This document shows, piece by piece, positions 27,716 through 37,458 of a stretch of DNA of 39,791 bases. Position 1 is the stretch's first letter, and the number at the start of each line of letters is the position of its first letter. The stretch comes from an uncultured Methanosarcinales archaeon (GTDB lineage: Archaea > Nanobdellota > Nanobdellia > Woesearchaeales > JABMPP01). Both the position numbers and the translations under genes were made by a program. Under the pieces are notes generated by a model, which made no database searches, was not told the origin of the DNA, and was given only the letters and a program-made list of their open reading frames with translations. Location of the stretch: assembly GCA_964604995.1 (NCBI GenBank), contig CAZSAD010000013.1, positions 1 to 39,791 on the forward strand, given 5' to 3'.

Positions 27716-28969
27716 ATGAGTAAGATGAATAAGACATTTATCTTAGTTTTGTCTATAGTGATAGTTCTAGTTTTTTTAATTGCACCAATAAAGATGGTAT
27801 CATCGGCTCAGATTACAAGAGATTATCCTAAAATTGTAGAAGCAAATAAAATATTTAAAATGAACGTAACCTTTGGATTTGCTTATTTATTAAAAAATGC
27901 AACTTATGTTGAAACATTGCCAAGTGGTTTTACAATTAGAACTTGGGATATGACAGGAATTAAAGAGAATACTGATTCTTTGCAAGTTAAAGTAACTGGA
28001 TCAGTTTACAGTTGGGCATTCACACCAAATGATACAATAACAACATTAACTTATTTAGTATTAAGTCCTCAAACCGAAGGCAATTATTCTTTTAAAGGTG
28101 AAGTAACTGATTGGACAGTTAAATCTCCAATAGAAGGGAATGTAATTGTAAAAAAATTAGGATGTGGAAATGGGATTTGTGAAACAACAGAAAATTACTC
28201 TGTTTGCCCTCAAGACTGTCAAGCATCATCAAGCACAACTACTGGAACAAATAGCAATTCTCAACCACCAATAATAACAACTGTAAGAAGAACAACTACT
28301 ACCACAACTAGTTCTTCTGCAACAACTATCCCGGGAAGTGAGATATTTGCAAATAAAAAAAGCAGTAATACTGGAATATTATTATTAATTGGTGGATTAA
28401 TAATTGTGGGTGTTGTTGGTTTTGTTGTATTCAAACAAATTAAAGACAAAAAAATGAAAACAGGGCTTGTAGAAAATAATCCTATTAAGACAACTGAAGA
28501 AGTTAAAGAAACATTAGATAGATTAAAAGATAGAGCATTTGATAAATCAATCTTAAGAAAAGAAAAAACTGAAATGGCTTCATCCGAACTTCCAAGTTTT
28601 ACAGAACAAACAAGTAAATTGGAAATTCCCTCAATGCCATCTGAATTAAGAAAAAATGCAAACATCAAACCAAATGCAACATTATCAATTCCCCCACTTC
28701 CAAAAAAACAAATAAATCAAACTCCACAAAGACAATTTCAAAAACATACATTAGGTAATAAAAAAAGTCTTACAAAATTTGCAATTTTAAAAAAACAATC
28801 ATCTACAGCTACTGCAAATTCAAAAGTAGAAGATGAAGGGAGTATAAAATCAAAAACAGAAGATAATGATAATAATAAAAGTAAAAATACTAATTCTCAA
28901 CCTCAAAAAAATAGAGAAATGACAGATAGTGATGTTGATGCCATTTTAGATAAAGTAATCAAAAAGTAA
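27716..28969 (+). CDS. Type I membrane/surface protein with Cys-rich motif and Thr-rich linker
   Basis: Signal peptide, beta-rich domain, CGNGICETTENYSVCPQDC, poly-Thr, TM, low-complexity cytoplasmic tail. Confidence 0.75.
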   Translation: MSKMNKTFILVLSIVIVLVFLIAPIKMVSSAQITRDYPKIVEANKIFKMNVTFGFAYLLKNATYVETLPSGFTIRTWDMTGIKENTDSLQVKVTGSVYSWAFTPNDTITTLTYLVLSPQTEGNYSFKGEVTDWTVKSPIEGNVIVKKLGCGNGICETTENYSVCPQDCQASSSTTTGTNSNSQPPIITTVRRTTTTTTSSSATTIPGSEIFANKKSSNTGILLLIGGLIIVGVVGFVVFKQIKDKKMKTGLVENNPIKTTEEVKETLDRLKDRAFDKSILRKEKTEMASSELPSFTEQTSKLEIPSMPSELRKNANIKPNATLSIPPLPKKQINQTPQRQFQKHTLGNKKSLTKFAILKKQSSTATANSKVEDEGSIKSKTEDNDNNKSKNTNSQPQKNREMTDSDVDAILDKVIKK

Positions 28970-29036
28970 ATTGAATGAAGTTAAATAAAAATTAATAAAA
29001 TAATTTAAAATAGAATAAAAGATTAGTTTGCAATGA

Positions 29037-29300
29037 TTATTGTTTGTGTTCTGCTGTTTGTTTCTTGCCAGTATTTGCCAAAGGTTGTGAAAGTACTTCT
29101 CTTCCAATTGTTACTTGAATTAAGCCTTTGTCAAATTCCATTTTGGCAATTTCAATAGGATTATATCTTAATTTTTGCAAATCTTCATCTGTAAGAGTTA
29201 CTAAAAATGGTGCTCCCATTGCTATTTGAAGTGCTCTATTACCAAGTATTCTTGCTTTTTCATACCTTGTATATTTTTCAACTTGTTTTTTTTCGCTCAT
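29037..29300 (-). CDS. rpoK: RNA polymerase subunit K (Rpo6)
   Basis: YTRYEKARILGNRALQIAMGAP..PIEIAKME. Confidence 0.95.
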   Translation of the reverse strand: MSEKKQVEKYTRYEKARILGNRALQIAMGAPFLVTLTDEDLQKLRYNPIEIAKMEFDKGLIQVTIGREVLSQPLANTGKKQTAEHKQ

Positions 29301-29426
29301 GCTAATTCACCTGGAAATTAAAGGGGTTTATAATCCTTTCTGGTACTGTTACCAATTTGACCATTTGTTGCCCATTTTGGCAAAATAAACTTAAAATTTA
29401 ACAAAATAAAAAAATAAAATCGAAAA

Positions 29427-30197
29427 TTAAAAATATTTTCGAAGTTCTGCTGCTTTTTTTGTAGCAAGTCCAATCATTTCATCAACATTTTTTTCAGTCA
29501 ATGGAAATTGGCCACCTTTTTGAAGAGCACAAATAATATCATCTTCAGTTGTTGCAACTGTAAGTCTTGAGTCAAGTATTTGTTCTTCTTCATTGGTAGG
29601 ATCCAGCAATAATTTATCACCGATTTTTAAGACAGTAACAGATATTGGTATTTTTTTAATTGGTAATTTTTTATCTGTTCTTTTCTTATAATCTATTTTT
29701 GTGCCATCATATTCTGGAAATCTTGTATCCTTTAAAGCAGCTATTGCAGCAAGAGCTGATGCATCAAAAAGATTGCCTTCATCATTAATTGTTACAATAT
29801 CAATGCTAAGACCCCAAACTTTTTCACCTGGTGTAATTGCAAGTTTTTTCATATCGACAATTTTTGATTCTCTAATTGCCCTATCAACAACTCTTGCAAG
29901 CTCAATTGCTTGTATTCCTGGTGGTCCAAGCTCAAAATCTGGATTGGACATAGGTAAAAGTTCTGCACCAACCATAAGCATTCCTTCATCAGGTGTATCA
30001 GGGTATGGCTTTTCAATTGCCATTTTAACTCCCGCAATAACTTCAGTGTTTCCAATTTTCACTCTAGCTGAACCTTCAGCGTTTTTTACACAATTTGTTT
30101 CAACTACTATTTTTCTGTACTCATCGAGTTTTCTTCCATCATATCTAAGATTTAGATTGAGGGTATTTAGTAGGTGTTTTCTTTCTTCACTCATCAT
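29427..30197 (-). CDS. rrp42: Exosome complex component Rrp42
   Basis: RYDGRKLDEYR, AEGSA, KPYPDTP, ELARVVDRAIRES, DEGN, ALQKGG; start 30197/30194 with GGTGGT SD. Confidence 0.95.
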   Translation of the reverse strand: MMSEERKHLLNTLNLNLRYDGRKLDEYRKIVVETNCVKNAEGSARVKIGNTEVIAGVKMAIEKPYPDTPDEGMLMVGAELLPMSNPDFELGPPGIQAIELARVVDRAIRESKIVDMKKLAITPGEKVWGLSIDIVTINDEGNLFDASALAAIAALKDTRFPEYDGTKIDYKKRTDKKLPIKKIPISVTVLKIGDKLLLDPTNEEEQILDSRLTVATTEDDIICALQKGGQFPLTEKNVDEMIGLATKKAAELRKYF

Positions 30198-30906
30198 GAT
30201 TACCACCATTATTGTATTTTTCTTTAAGTGCTTTTTTTTGTATTTCATATATTTGTTTACATGCAATCTTTGCCATACCAAGGCCCCTTGTTAATTCTTC
30301 TCTTGTAATTTCCCCATCCATTTGAAGTAAGGTTATTTGACCTGATCTTGGCATCATGGCAACAGGGACATCAGCAACTGGACCGTGTTCATATGCTTCT
30401 TCATCATAGTTTAAATCAACTAAAATTTTATCATCGACTCTGCCAACTGAAACTGCAGCAACCATATCTTTCATTACAATTCCTGCATCGGCAAGTGCGA
30501 TTGAAGCTGCACAAATTCCAGCACATCTTGTGCCTGCATCAGTTTCAGGTAATTCAATAAAAACATCAATTACTGAATTTGGAAATTCTGCAAGATCAAG
30601 AACTGGCGATAATGCTTTTTCTATAACCATTGATAATTCTCTTGATCTTCTATTTCCACCTGGCCTTACTCTTTCACCTGAGCCTGAAAAGGGCATCATA
30701 TTGTAATTAATCCTAAGTATTCCTTTCTCTGGATCCTGTAAAAATTTAGGATACAAATTTCTTGGACCATATACTGCAACATATGCTACAGTATCACCGA
30801 TTTTGAAGTAAGCTGAGCCATCTGCTCTTTTTATAACTCCTGCTTTTGCTTCAATAGGTCTCATTTCATCGATTTTTCTTCCATCGAATCTTTTAGCGTA
30901 ACCCAT
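30187..30906 (-). CDS. rrp41: Exosome complex exonuclease Rrp41
   Basis: RFDGR, ADGSAY, VYGPR, RRSRE, DAGTR, LLQMDG. Confidence 0.96.
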   Translation of the reverse strand: MGYAKRFDGRKIDEMRPIEAKAGVIKRADGSAYFKIGDTVAYVAVYGPRNLYPKFLQDPEKGILRINYNMMPFSGSGERVRPGGNRRSRELSMVIEKALSPVLDLAEFPNSVIDVFIELPETDAGTRCAGICAASIALADAGIVMKDMVAAVSVGRVDDKILVDLNYDEEAYEHGPVADVPVAMMPRSGQITLLQMDGEITREELTRGLGMAKIACKQIYEIQKKALKEKYNNGGNHDE

Positions 30907-30927
30907 TTTAATTCACCTTTAATCCTA

Positions 30928-31668
30928 TTACTGCTGTTCAAAAGAGCCATTCTCCTCATTATTTTGAGGTTGACTACTTACTGGTCCAGCTAGTTTTTCT
31001 AGGTATTCTTTGATTCTTTCTGTTAATCCTGAGACGTGTGATTCCTCTTCAATTTTTCTTATTGTTGAAACTGCAATTTGTTCTTTCTCAGGTGTGCCTT
31101 GTATCCAAACAATGCCATTTTGGCCAACTATGATTCTGCTATCAGTATACTGCTTTATCATTGAGACCATACTGCCTTGTTTTCCAATTATTCTTGGCAC
31201 TTTGTATGGACTAACTTTGATGACTCTTCCGCCAACTAGTTTTCTTAAACCCATTCCTCGCATTGTTACATCAATAAGTTTTTGACTTGTGACATTTGTT
31301 ATTGTGCAAACTACCCAATCGCCAATGTCATAATATTTAGTTAAATCTGCTCCTCTTTGAATATATTCTGATGTTGCATCCTTTAAAGAAAGCATAGCTG
31401 GATATGCTGAATTGGTATCAATTCTCCAACCACTAAATGCTACATCTATAACTTTTCCAATGATTGTATCTCCCTTTTTAGGTGCATATTGACCAGATAA
31501 AGGTATAACTTTCAATGCTCGCCCATCAATGTTGAGCAAACCCATTTTTGCAGAGACTATTTTTTCACCATCTCTGTAAGTGCCATTCCCTGGCAGGTAA
31601 TCTAAACCTGACACAAGCTCTTCGCCTGGAACGACAATTGCCTTGTCTTTCACTAATAACTCACTCAT
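30928..31668 (-). CDS. rrp4: Exosome complex RNA-binding protein Rrp4
   Basis: VVPGE, S1 domain, KVPRIIGKQGSM KH motif, VGQNGIVWI, SHVSGLT. Confidence 0.96.
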   Translation of the reverse strand: MSELLVKDKAIVVPGEELVSGLDYLPGNGTYRDGEKIVSAKMGLLNIDGRALKVIPLSGQYAPKKGDTIIGKVIDVAFSGWRIDTNSAYPAMLSLKDATSEYIQRGADLTKYYDIGDWVVCTITNVTSQKLIDVTMRGMGLRKLVGGRVIKVSPYKVPRIIGKQGSMVSMIKQYTDSRIIVGQNGIVWIQGTPEKEQIAVSTIRKIEEESHVSGLTERIKEYLEKLAGPVSSQPQNNEENGSFEQQ

Positions 31669-31768
31669 TTTATATCAACTCCGTATTTACATTGTTTTTT
31701 CTTGTTTATTGTGCTTGTTTTGTTTATTATTTATTGTACTTTTAATTTTTTATTTTGTTGCAATATTT

Positions 31769-32494
31769 TTATTTTGTTGCAATAACTTCAGTTTCTACAT
31801 TTCCATGTGTCATTGTATTTAATTTATCATAAAAATCAATTTCTAAACCTGCAGGTATTTCAACAACTGCTTGCCACGAACCATCATCTAACCAAGTATC
31901 TTTCAAAATTTTTCCAAAAGATTTTACAATTGGATAAGATTTTTGTGCATACTGCGAAGTTATTCTAACTTTCATTTGTTTAGTTTCAATTTTTATTGCA
32001 AGAATTGGCCTTAATTGTTTTATGATTTCATCAATTTGTTCTTCTGCACTTTTTCTTGCATCTATTTTTACTTTTGCTTCTTCTAAAGCTGCTTCAATTC
32101 TGGTTATTGGATGTGGCAAATGTGTTTTAGGATCATCGCCATATCTATGGATCATATCGATTATTTTCTTGCGTTTTTCTTCAACAAGTTTTGCCCTATA
32201 CTCAGAAGTTTCTTGAATTTCACCTTTTGTAAGAATTACTTTTGCAATTTCTATGGGATCATCAGTGCCAAAAACTTCTTTTAACCTATGTTCTGAAGCT
32301 TTTAGTGCTTTTCTTGCATCAGAAAAAATAAATTCATCTTTAAGAACATCATTTAAACTAATATTCTTGCCGGATTTGTATTCTACTGCCAAATCTGGAT
32401 TAATTACAATTTCAAAAATTTCTCCATATTTTTTCAAGCGGGCAAGATTCAAATGTATTTTTTCTCTATCAAATGAATATCCTTTTCCGGTCAT
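31769..32494 (-). CDS. Ribosome maturation factor SBDS
   Basis: ARLKKYGEIFEI, IFSDARK, FGTDD, DPKTHLPHP..RIE; position in the exosome cluster. Confidence 0.95.
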   Translation of the reverse strand: MTGKGYSFDREKIHLNLARLKKYGEIFEIVINPDLAVEYKSGKNISLNDVLKDEFIFSDARKALKASEHRLKEVFGTDDPIEIAKVILTKGEIQETSEYRAKLVEEKRKKIIDMIHRYGDDPKTHLPHPITRIEAALEEAKVKIDARKSAEEQIDEIIKQLRPILAIKIETKQMKVRITSQYAQKSYPIVKSFGKILKDTWLDDGSWQAVVEIPAGLEIDFYDKLNTMTHGNVETEVIATK

Positions 32495-32577
32495 TTTGAT
32501 CACTCTTTGTTTAGTTTATTTAATGCTTGAATTTTTTGTTTTGATGTTTTTCTTCAATATTTTTTGTCAATATTGAT

Positions 32578-33315
32578 TTATTTTTTTGCTTTTATTTTAG
32601 CAATAACTTTGTTAACTTCCTCTTTGGATAGACGTATAAATTTTTTATCTTTTAAAGTTATAAATGCGCAATCAATTCTTTCTGCACTAAAATTTTTATC
32701 TAAGAACTTAGCTAATCCATTTATTGCAAGCCTCATTCCATCTTCAATAGTTAAATCATCCTTATATTCTTTATGAAGTATCTCTTCGATAACTGTTTCT
32801 CCTTCACCAATTACTGTTGCTTTGTATTGGAAATAAATTCCTGTTGGATCAGTTTCAAAAAGTTTAGCTTGCCCATTATCAATGCCTGCAACTAAAATAG
32901 ATACACCAAATGGCCTAAGTCCGCCTGATTGAGTGCAGATTTGTTTTAAGTTACAAATATCTTTTACAATTGAAACAGTATCAACTGGACTGTCATATAC
33001 TACTTTATGTTGTTGTGCTTTTAGCTGTGCTCTTTCAATTAGAACTCTTGCATCCGATAAGATACCTGATGCAGTAGCTGCCATATGATCATCTATTTGA
33101 AAAATCTTTTCAACTGCTTCTGGAACAACTAATTCATCAACTATTCTTTTATCAGTTACAAATAATACACCATCTTTGCAAACAATGCCAATTGCAGTTG
33201 AACCTTGTTTAACTGTTTTTTTGGCATATTCTACTTGAAGTAGCCTTCCATCAGGACTAAACATTGTAATCGCTCTATCATACCCCATTATTTGATGTGG
33301 CATTGGTTGTTGCAT
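32578..33315 (-). CDS. psmA: Proteasome subunit alpha
   Basis: GYDRAITMFSPDGRLLQVEYA, RPFGVS, TDPTG; ATG 33315 with GGAGGG SD. Confidence 0.97.
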   Translation of the reverse strand: MQQPMPHQIMGYDRAITMFSPDGRLLQVEYAKKTVKQGSTAIGIVCKDGVLFVTDKRIVDELVVPEAVEKIFQIDDHMAATASGILSDARVLIERAQLKAQQHKVVYDSPVDTVSIVKDICNLKQICTQSGGLRPFGVSILVAGIDNGQAKLFETDPTGIYFQYKATVIGEGETVIEEILHKEYKDDLTIEDGMRLAINGLAKFLDKNFSAERIDCAFITLKDKKFIRLSKEEVNKVIAKIKAKK

Positions 33316-33432
33316 AATTTCGCCCTCCTTGTTCAATAATATTTATTTGATATTTATTTGATGTATGTTAAATATATCGTTTATATGAGTTTATTGTTTT
33401 AATATAGTTTATATTTTTAATTTATAATATTT

Positions 33433-33816
33433 TTAATTTGTATTTTTTATGTAAAGATTGTCAGCTTTTGTTAACATTCCACTAACACCCAAACTTTTGA
33501 TAATAACATTTTCTCGTTCTATAAATTTAACTAATGTCAAAGATGTTTTTATTTGATCGATACTTTTATTGTTAACCTTTAAAATGCCTCTTTGTTTTTT
33601 TGAATCCCATTTTTCAGATATTAACCAAAGACCCGCTTTGCCAACTCCTGCTTCTCCTAGAAAAGATAGGCATGCATCCCAAATCGCCCTTGAAACAAAA
33701 TTGAAAGTTGTAACTGGTTTATTTGATATAACCTCAAATGCTAAGTAGCGTTTTTTTTCTTTTAAGCTAGCTAGCATGGGCTTCATTCTCTGTTTACTAA
33801 CAGTGTTTTTCACCAT
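33433..33816 (-). CDS. rnp2: RNase P protein component 2 (Pop5/Rpp14 family)
   Basis: SLKEKKRYLAFEV, FLGE.G, GILKV, GVSGML; canonical position upstream of psmA. Confidence 0.9.
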   Translation of the reverse strand: MVKNTVSKQRMKPMLASLKEKKRYLAFEVISNKPVTTFNFVSRAIWDACLSFLGEAGVGKAGLWLISEKWDSKKQRGILKVNNKSIDQIKTSLTLVKFIERENVIIKSLGVSGMLTKADNLYIKNTN

Positions 33817-33983
33817 ACAACTTGAATATGAGAAAAAAGTATATCTTTTTCTCGTCTTTTCTCTCGCATGTCAACGAAAATATCTTAGCTTTAAAAAGGT
33901 TATGTTTTGGTAAATTAAATAAGAAACAGGGATTTTGAGCAATAAAATTAGCCCATCTTAATTTAATTATCCCACATTTAATT

Positions 33984-34883
33984 TTAGTATTTAAGTTTAG
34001 TATTTGTTTTACAGTAAACTTTTTCTTCAGTTAAATTCCAAATTTTTTTCCAGCCAGAATCTGTAGAAAGAAAATCAATTGTTTTGGAGTTGTGTTTAAG
34101 AGAATTTTTCATATGTTCTATAATCATAAGTTTTCCAATATTTTCAATTTCTAAATTATTGCCACCGAGTAAAACATAATAAATGCTGTTGTATAAAACA
34201 GCAACTTCCACTGCTTCAACTTTTCCATTTACTTCAATACTAATCATTTGCAACTCATTTCTATCTAATGCCAAATTAATTAATTTCTTAAAACCATCGA
34301 TAAAAAACTTCTCACCAAAAAAACTATTTTGTTCCCACCGATGTTTATTCAACTTAACAAGAACATCAAAGTCTTCTATTCGATTGAATATTATTTTTGG
34401 ATTTTTATTTTCAATTTGTCTAAGATCATATTTAAGATTTTTCCGGTGTTTTCTTCCAAATGAATTGAAATATTGTTCCAAAGAATGATTATAATCATTA
34501 AAATGTAAAACATACCTTATATCCATCTCATCTAAAGTTGCATACATCAATTCGCTTTCATCAATATACTCAAGATATGTTTCATTCGGTAAATTATTTA
34601 ACAACAAATTAAGATTTTCTTTTTCCATTGAAAAAAATTTATTTCTTTCACAAAATTCACCACCAAAAAATTCAAAATAATTTTTGTCTAAATTGTACCA
34701 TAATGGCAAAACTCCTAGAATTTTTTTTTCATTTTTTAAAACAATAAAATGGGGTTTAAAATGTATTTTGTTAAAAAGACATTCTCGATATTCCCAAATG
34801 TCAAATAAATGATCGTTAAAACAATATTTTTTCCATAATATTTCACATTCTTTTAAATCCGAAACAATGATTACATCCATCAT
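33984..34883 (-). CDS. GNAT family acetyltransferase (CelD/BcsL-like)
   Basis: GVLPL, YFNSFGRKHRKNLK, IGKLMI, IDFL..GWKKIW. Confidence 0.75.
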   Translation of the reverse strand: MMDVIIVSDLKECEILWKKYCFNDHLFDIWEYRECLFNKIHFKPHFIVLKNEKKILGVLPLWYNLDKNYFEFFGGEFCERNKFFSMEKENLNLLLNNLPNETYLEYIDESELMYATLDEMDIRYVLHFNDYNHSLEQYFNSFGRKHRKNLKYDLRQIENKNPKIIFNRIEDFDVLVKLNKHRWEQNSFFGEKFFIDGFKKLINLALDRNELQMISIEVNGKVEAVEVAVLYNSIYYVLLGGNNLEIENIGKLMIIEHMKNSLKHNSKTIDFLSTDSGWKKIWNLTEEKVYCKTNTKLKY

Positions 34884-34971
34884 AAATTAAACAGAATCAA
34901 AGAAGTATATAATTTTAAGTATAATTTTGTAATTTGGACTAATATTGATTTAAACTAATATTGAAAAATGA

Positions 34972-35118
34972 TTAAGCTGTTCCAACTAATGCTCTCTTTT
35001 TTATCCTCATAAAAGTTTTACCATTTTTAAATTCTATTTGTTTATGAAAATAAGTGTTGTTTTCAATGCAAACATAATTTATAGCATTTTCTTCTATTGT
35101 TAAAGTTTTCATTTCCAT
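34972..35118 (-). CDS. Small hypothetical protein (48 aa), not in the ORF track
   Basis: MEMKTLTIEENAINYVCIENNTYFHKQIEFKNGKTFMRIKKRALVGTA; GGGGA SD and a TTTATAA box near 35180. Confidence 0.5.
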   Translation of the reverse strand: MEMKTLTIEENAINYVCIENNTYFHKQIEFKNGKTFMRIKKRALVGTA

Positions 35119-35344
35119 TTAAATCCCCCGATATAATGACTAAATAAACCTCTAAATTAAGGATTAAATTAACATCTTATAAATAGATTTGTTTCAATCT
35201 TACAATAATGTGTAAAAATAGTTAACTATATAAATTTTGCGGTTTTGTAACCATTTTAGAGTGATTACATATTCAAAAAATAGAAAACTTTGCTAAAAAG
35301 GACTTTGCTAAAATGATTAGATAAGATGTAAGGAGAACAAAATA

Positions 35345-35992
35345 ATGGAAAACTGGTCAACTGAATATTACAATGTGAATATTAGCCCATTTAGTGTTAA
35401 AACTTATGGAGAAATAATGATCTCAAAGAATCTAGAAACTTTTTTAGATGTGCCTTTAACACCCCCTAGTACTTCAGAAGTTTTGATAGATTTAAGTAAT
35501 TTAGCAATAAATATTTCTATAAAATTAAAACAAGAAAATCCCAAATTAAAATGTTGTTTAAATAATAATTTTCTTGAAACTTATCTTGAAGAAATAATAA
35601 AAAATGCAGAATATCATGGTAACCAATTTGATAAAAATAAAAAAATTGAAGTTGAATATGTAATAGAAGAACACATTGAGGGCATAAAAGTTAAACTTAC
35701 AGTAACTGATCAAGGAGAAGGATTTAATTCATCTAAAATAAAAGAAGGATATAAAAAGATATTTAATGTATTACAAAGTGACTGCTCAATTGATAAAAAA
35801 ATAGAGAGTTCTTCAGTTTATAATTTTGTTGCAGAAAGTAAAACTGGTTTTGAAGGAAAATTAAAATCAGAAACTTCAGGAATAGGGATTTATCTTATTC
35901 AATCAAGCTGCGATGCAATAAGGTGGAATGAAAAAGGAAATGTTGTAACAATTGAAAAAATGTTTAAGTATGATCCTAAAAAATTGATTTAA
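35345..35992 (+). CDS. GHKL/HATPase_c protein, RsbW anti-sigma kinase-like
   Basis: EEIIKNAEYHGN (N box), VTDQGEGFN (G1), GIGIYLI (G2), WNEKGNVV; AGGAG SD. Confidence 0.8.
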   Translation: MENWSTEYYNVNISPFSVKTYGEIMISKNLETFLDVPLTPPSTSEVLIDLSNLAINISIKLKQENPKLKCCLNNNFLETYLEEIIKNAEYHGNQFDKNKKIEVEYVIEEHIEGIKVKLTVTDQGEGFNSSKIKEGYKKIFNVLQSDCSIDKKIESSSVYNFVAESKTGFEGKLKSETSGIGIYLIQSSCDAIRWNEKGNVVTIEKMFKYDPKKLI

Positions 35993-35993
35993 A

Positions 35994-37085
35994 ATGAACA
36001 ATGAACTTCAAGAAAGATGGAATCATGTACCTAATATTGATGGATATGAATCAAGTAGGGAAATTTTTAGAGTAGTAAATAAAAAAATTGTAAATGAGAT
36101 TTTAAAAAAACATACAACTAAAATAGATAGTATGCTTGAAATTGGTAGCGGACTTGGTGAATTAGTTTACAATCTTGCACTAGAATATGAAAATCAAATT
36201 CAACAAACTGAGCAAGGAGATAAAATTGTTTTAGAACATAAAACAAGACATCCCAAGTCAAATATTATACAAGCAAATGTGTATAATATTGCAAGTGATC
36301 TTGCAAATAAATCTAAACCTAATAAGTTTGAGGTAGTGTTGGGTTATTCTTCATTTGACACAATGTTAGATTTAGAATCAGCCCTAAAAAATGTCAAAGA
36401 TATAACTAACGAACAAGGATTATTTATTCACTTTCTGGACTTAAAAGCATCGTTTAACACTTTTTTTAATAGCCATCAAAATAATGGCACAGTACTCTTC
36501 CCATATTTTGAACAAGATGAACAAAGTCACTTTATGCATAATATTGGTTTACAAGAAGTTGAAAAAAAAGATTTAGACAAACTAAAAGAATTTGCATCAA
36601 GATTAAATGTGAATAATAATGAAAGTATGAAAGAGGGAATAATTAAACTTATAGAGTTATATGCTAAAAATCCAGAATATTATTATGTTAAGTTGTATAA
36701 TCACAAAGATCCTAGTGAAGGAAGAAGAATGCTTAGCATTCTTTCAAATTTGGTGGTATTTTCAAGTGTGAATTCAAAAAGAATTATAGCTAATGATGAA
36801 TTTAAAAAACACTTAGAAAAAACATTAGAAAGTAATGGCTACCAAATACTTGAATCGAAAGTTAAAGGTAATGAGATTATAATCCCCTCAAATGATGCAA
36901 CAAATAAATATCCACAGATTAAATACTTTTATAATAATGTTGGATACATAGAAAATGTTCCAAAATTTATGGTATTTAGTAACCATATCAAAGAAGGAGA
37001 AGTGGGAATAGCTTCAAGACTTTATGTTGTTGTTGCACAAAAACTTTCCCATGAACAAAGATATTTTAATTGTTCACCAAAATAA
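35994..37085 (+). CDS. Class I SAM-dependent methyltransferase-like protein
   Basis: MLEIGSGLGEL motif I, FEVVLG, GLFIHF; starts 1 bp after the upstream stop. Confidence 0.75.
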   Translation: MNNELQERWNHVPNIDGYESSREIFRVVNKKIVNEILKKHTTKIDSMLEIGSGLGELVYNLALEYENQIQQTEQGDKIVLEHKTRHPKSNIIQANVYNIASDLANKSKPNKFEVVLGYSSFDTMLDLESALKNVKDITNEQGLFIHFLDLKASFNTFFNSHQNNGTVLFPYFEQDEQSHFMHNIGLQEVEKKDLDKLKEFASRLNVNNNESMKEGIIKLIELYAKNPEYYYVKLYNHKDPSEGRRMLSILSNLVVFSSVNSKRIIANDEFKKHLEKTLESNGYQILESKVKGNEIIIPSNDATNKYPQIKYFYNNVGYIENVPKFMVFSNHIKEGEVGIASRLYVVVAQKLSHEQRYFNCSPK

Positions 37086-37269
37086 TAATGTTCAAAATTA
37101 AATTAGATATTTAGATTAGATTGAATTATTGCAAAACATCTAAAACATTTTTCTAGGTTATTTCAATAGGATAAAAAAATGAAGTACTTATCACATTTAT
37201 TAAGTGTTTAGGCACTATGGCATTTTTGTTGAATTTTTTTCATATATTAACAATAGTTTTTTACAATAA

Positions 37270-37296
37270 TTTTCATATATAAATTATATATGAAAA
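37270..37296. promoter_or_regulatory. 27-bp perfect inverted repeat (candidate operator) upstream of tfb
   Basis: TTTTCATATATAA-A-TTATATATGAAAA; extra TTTTCATAT half sites at 37237 and 37323. Confidence 0.55.
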
Positions 37297-37336
37297 AAAG
37301 AAATTGAAAATCTCTTGAATTGTTTTCATATTAGCA

Positions 37337-37354
37337 ACCGAAAGGTTTATAAAG
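37337..37354 (+). promoter_or_regulatory. BRE/TATA promoter of tfb
   Basis: ACCGAAAGG-TTTATAAAG matches the archaeal consensus. Confidence 0.7.
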
Positions 37355-37458
37355 ATTGGCATTCGCCGTTATAGTATATACATTAGGGGGATGAGTTAAA
37401 ACATGGGTTTGTAACATTCTACGTTACGGAATGCTATGTAAACAGGGGTCGATTTAAA

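Noticed and set aside
30198..30281. N-terminal extension of Rrp42 in the ORF track (likewise extensions at 3182, 33336, 32503, 26681, 23077)
   Set aside because: Overlaps with neighbours or lacks SD; downstream ATGs have SD motifs and match family N-termini
29701..30294. 197-aa plus-strand ORF and the other short antisense or overlapping ORFs in the track
   Set aside because: They shadow well-supported genes on the opposite strand or frame and show no motifs
33340..33361. Short AT-rich tandem repeats (TATTTATTTGA x2; also 15047-15082 and near 34938-34963)
   Set aside because: Low-complexity duplications expected in very AT-rich intergenic DNA
33866..33880. GCATGTCAACGAAAA as a third copy of the hairpin element
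   Set aside because: Only about 7 bp match; no AACTGG or TCGCTTTGCT loop
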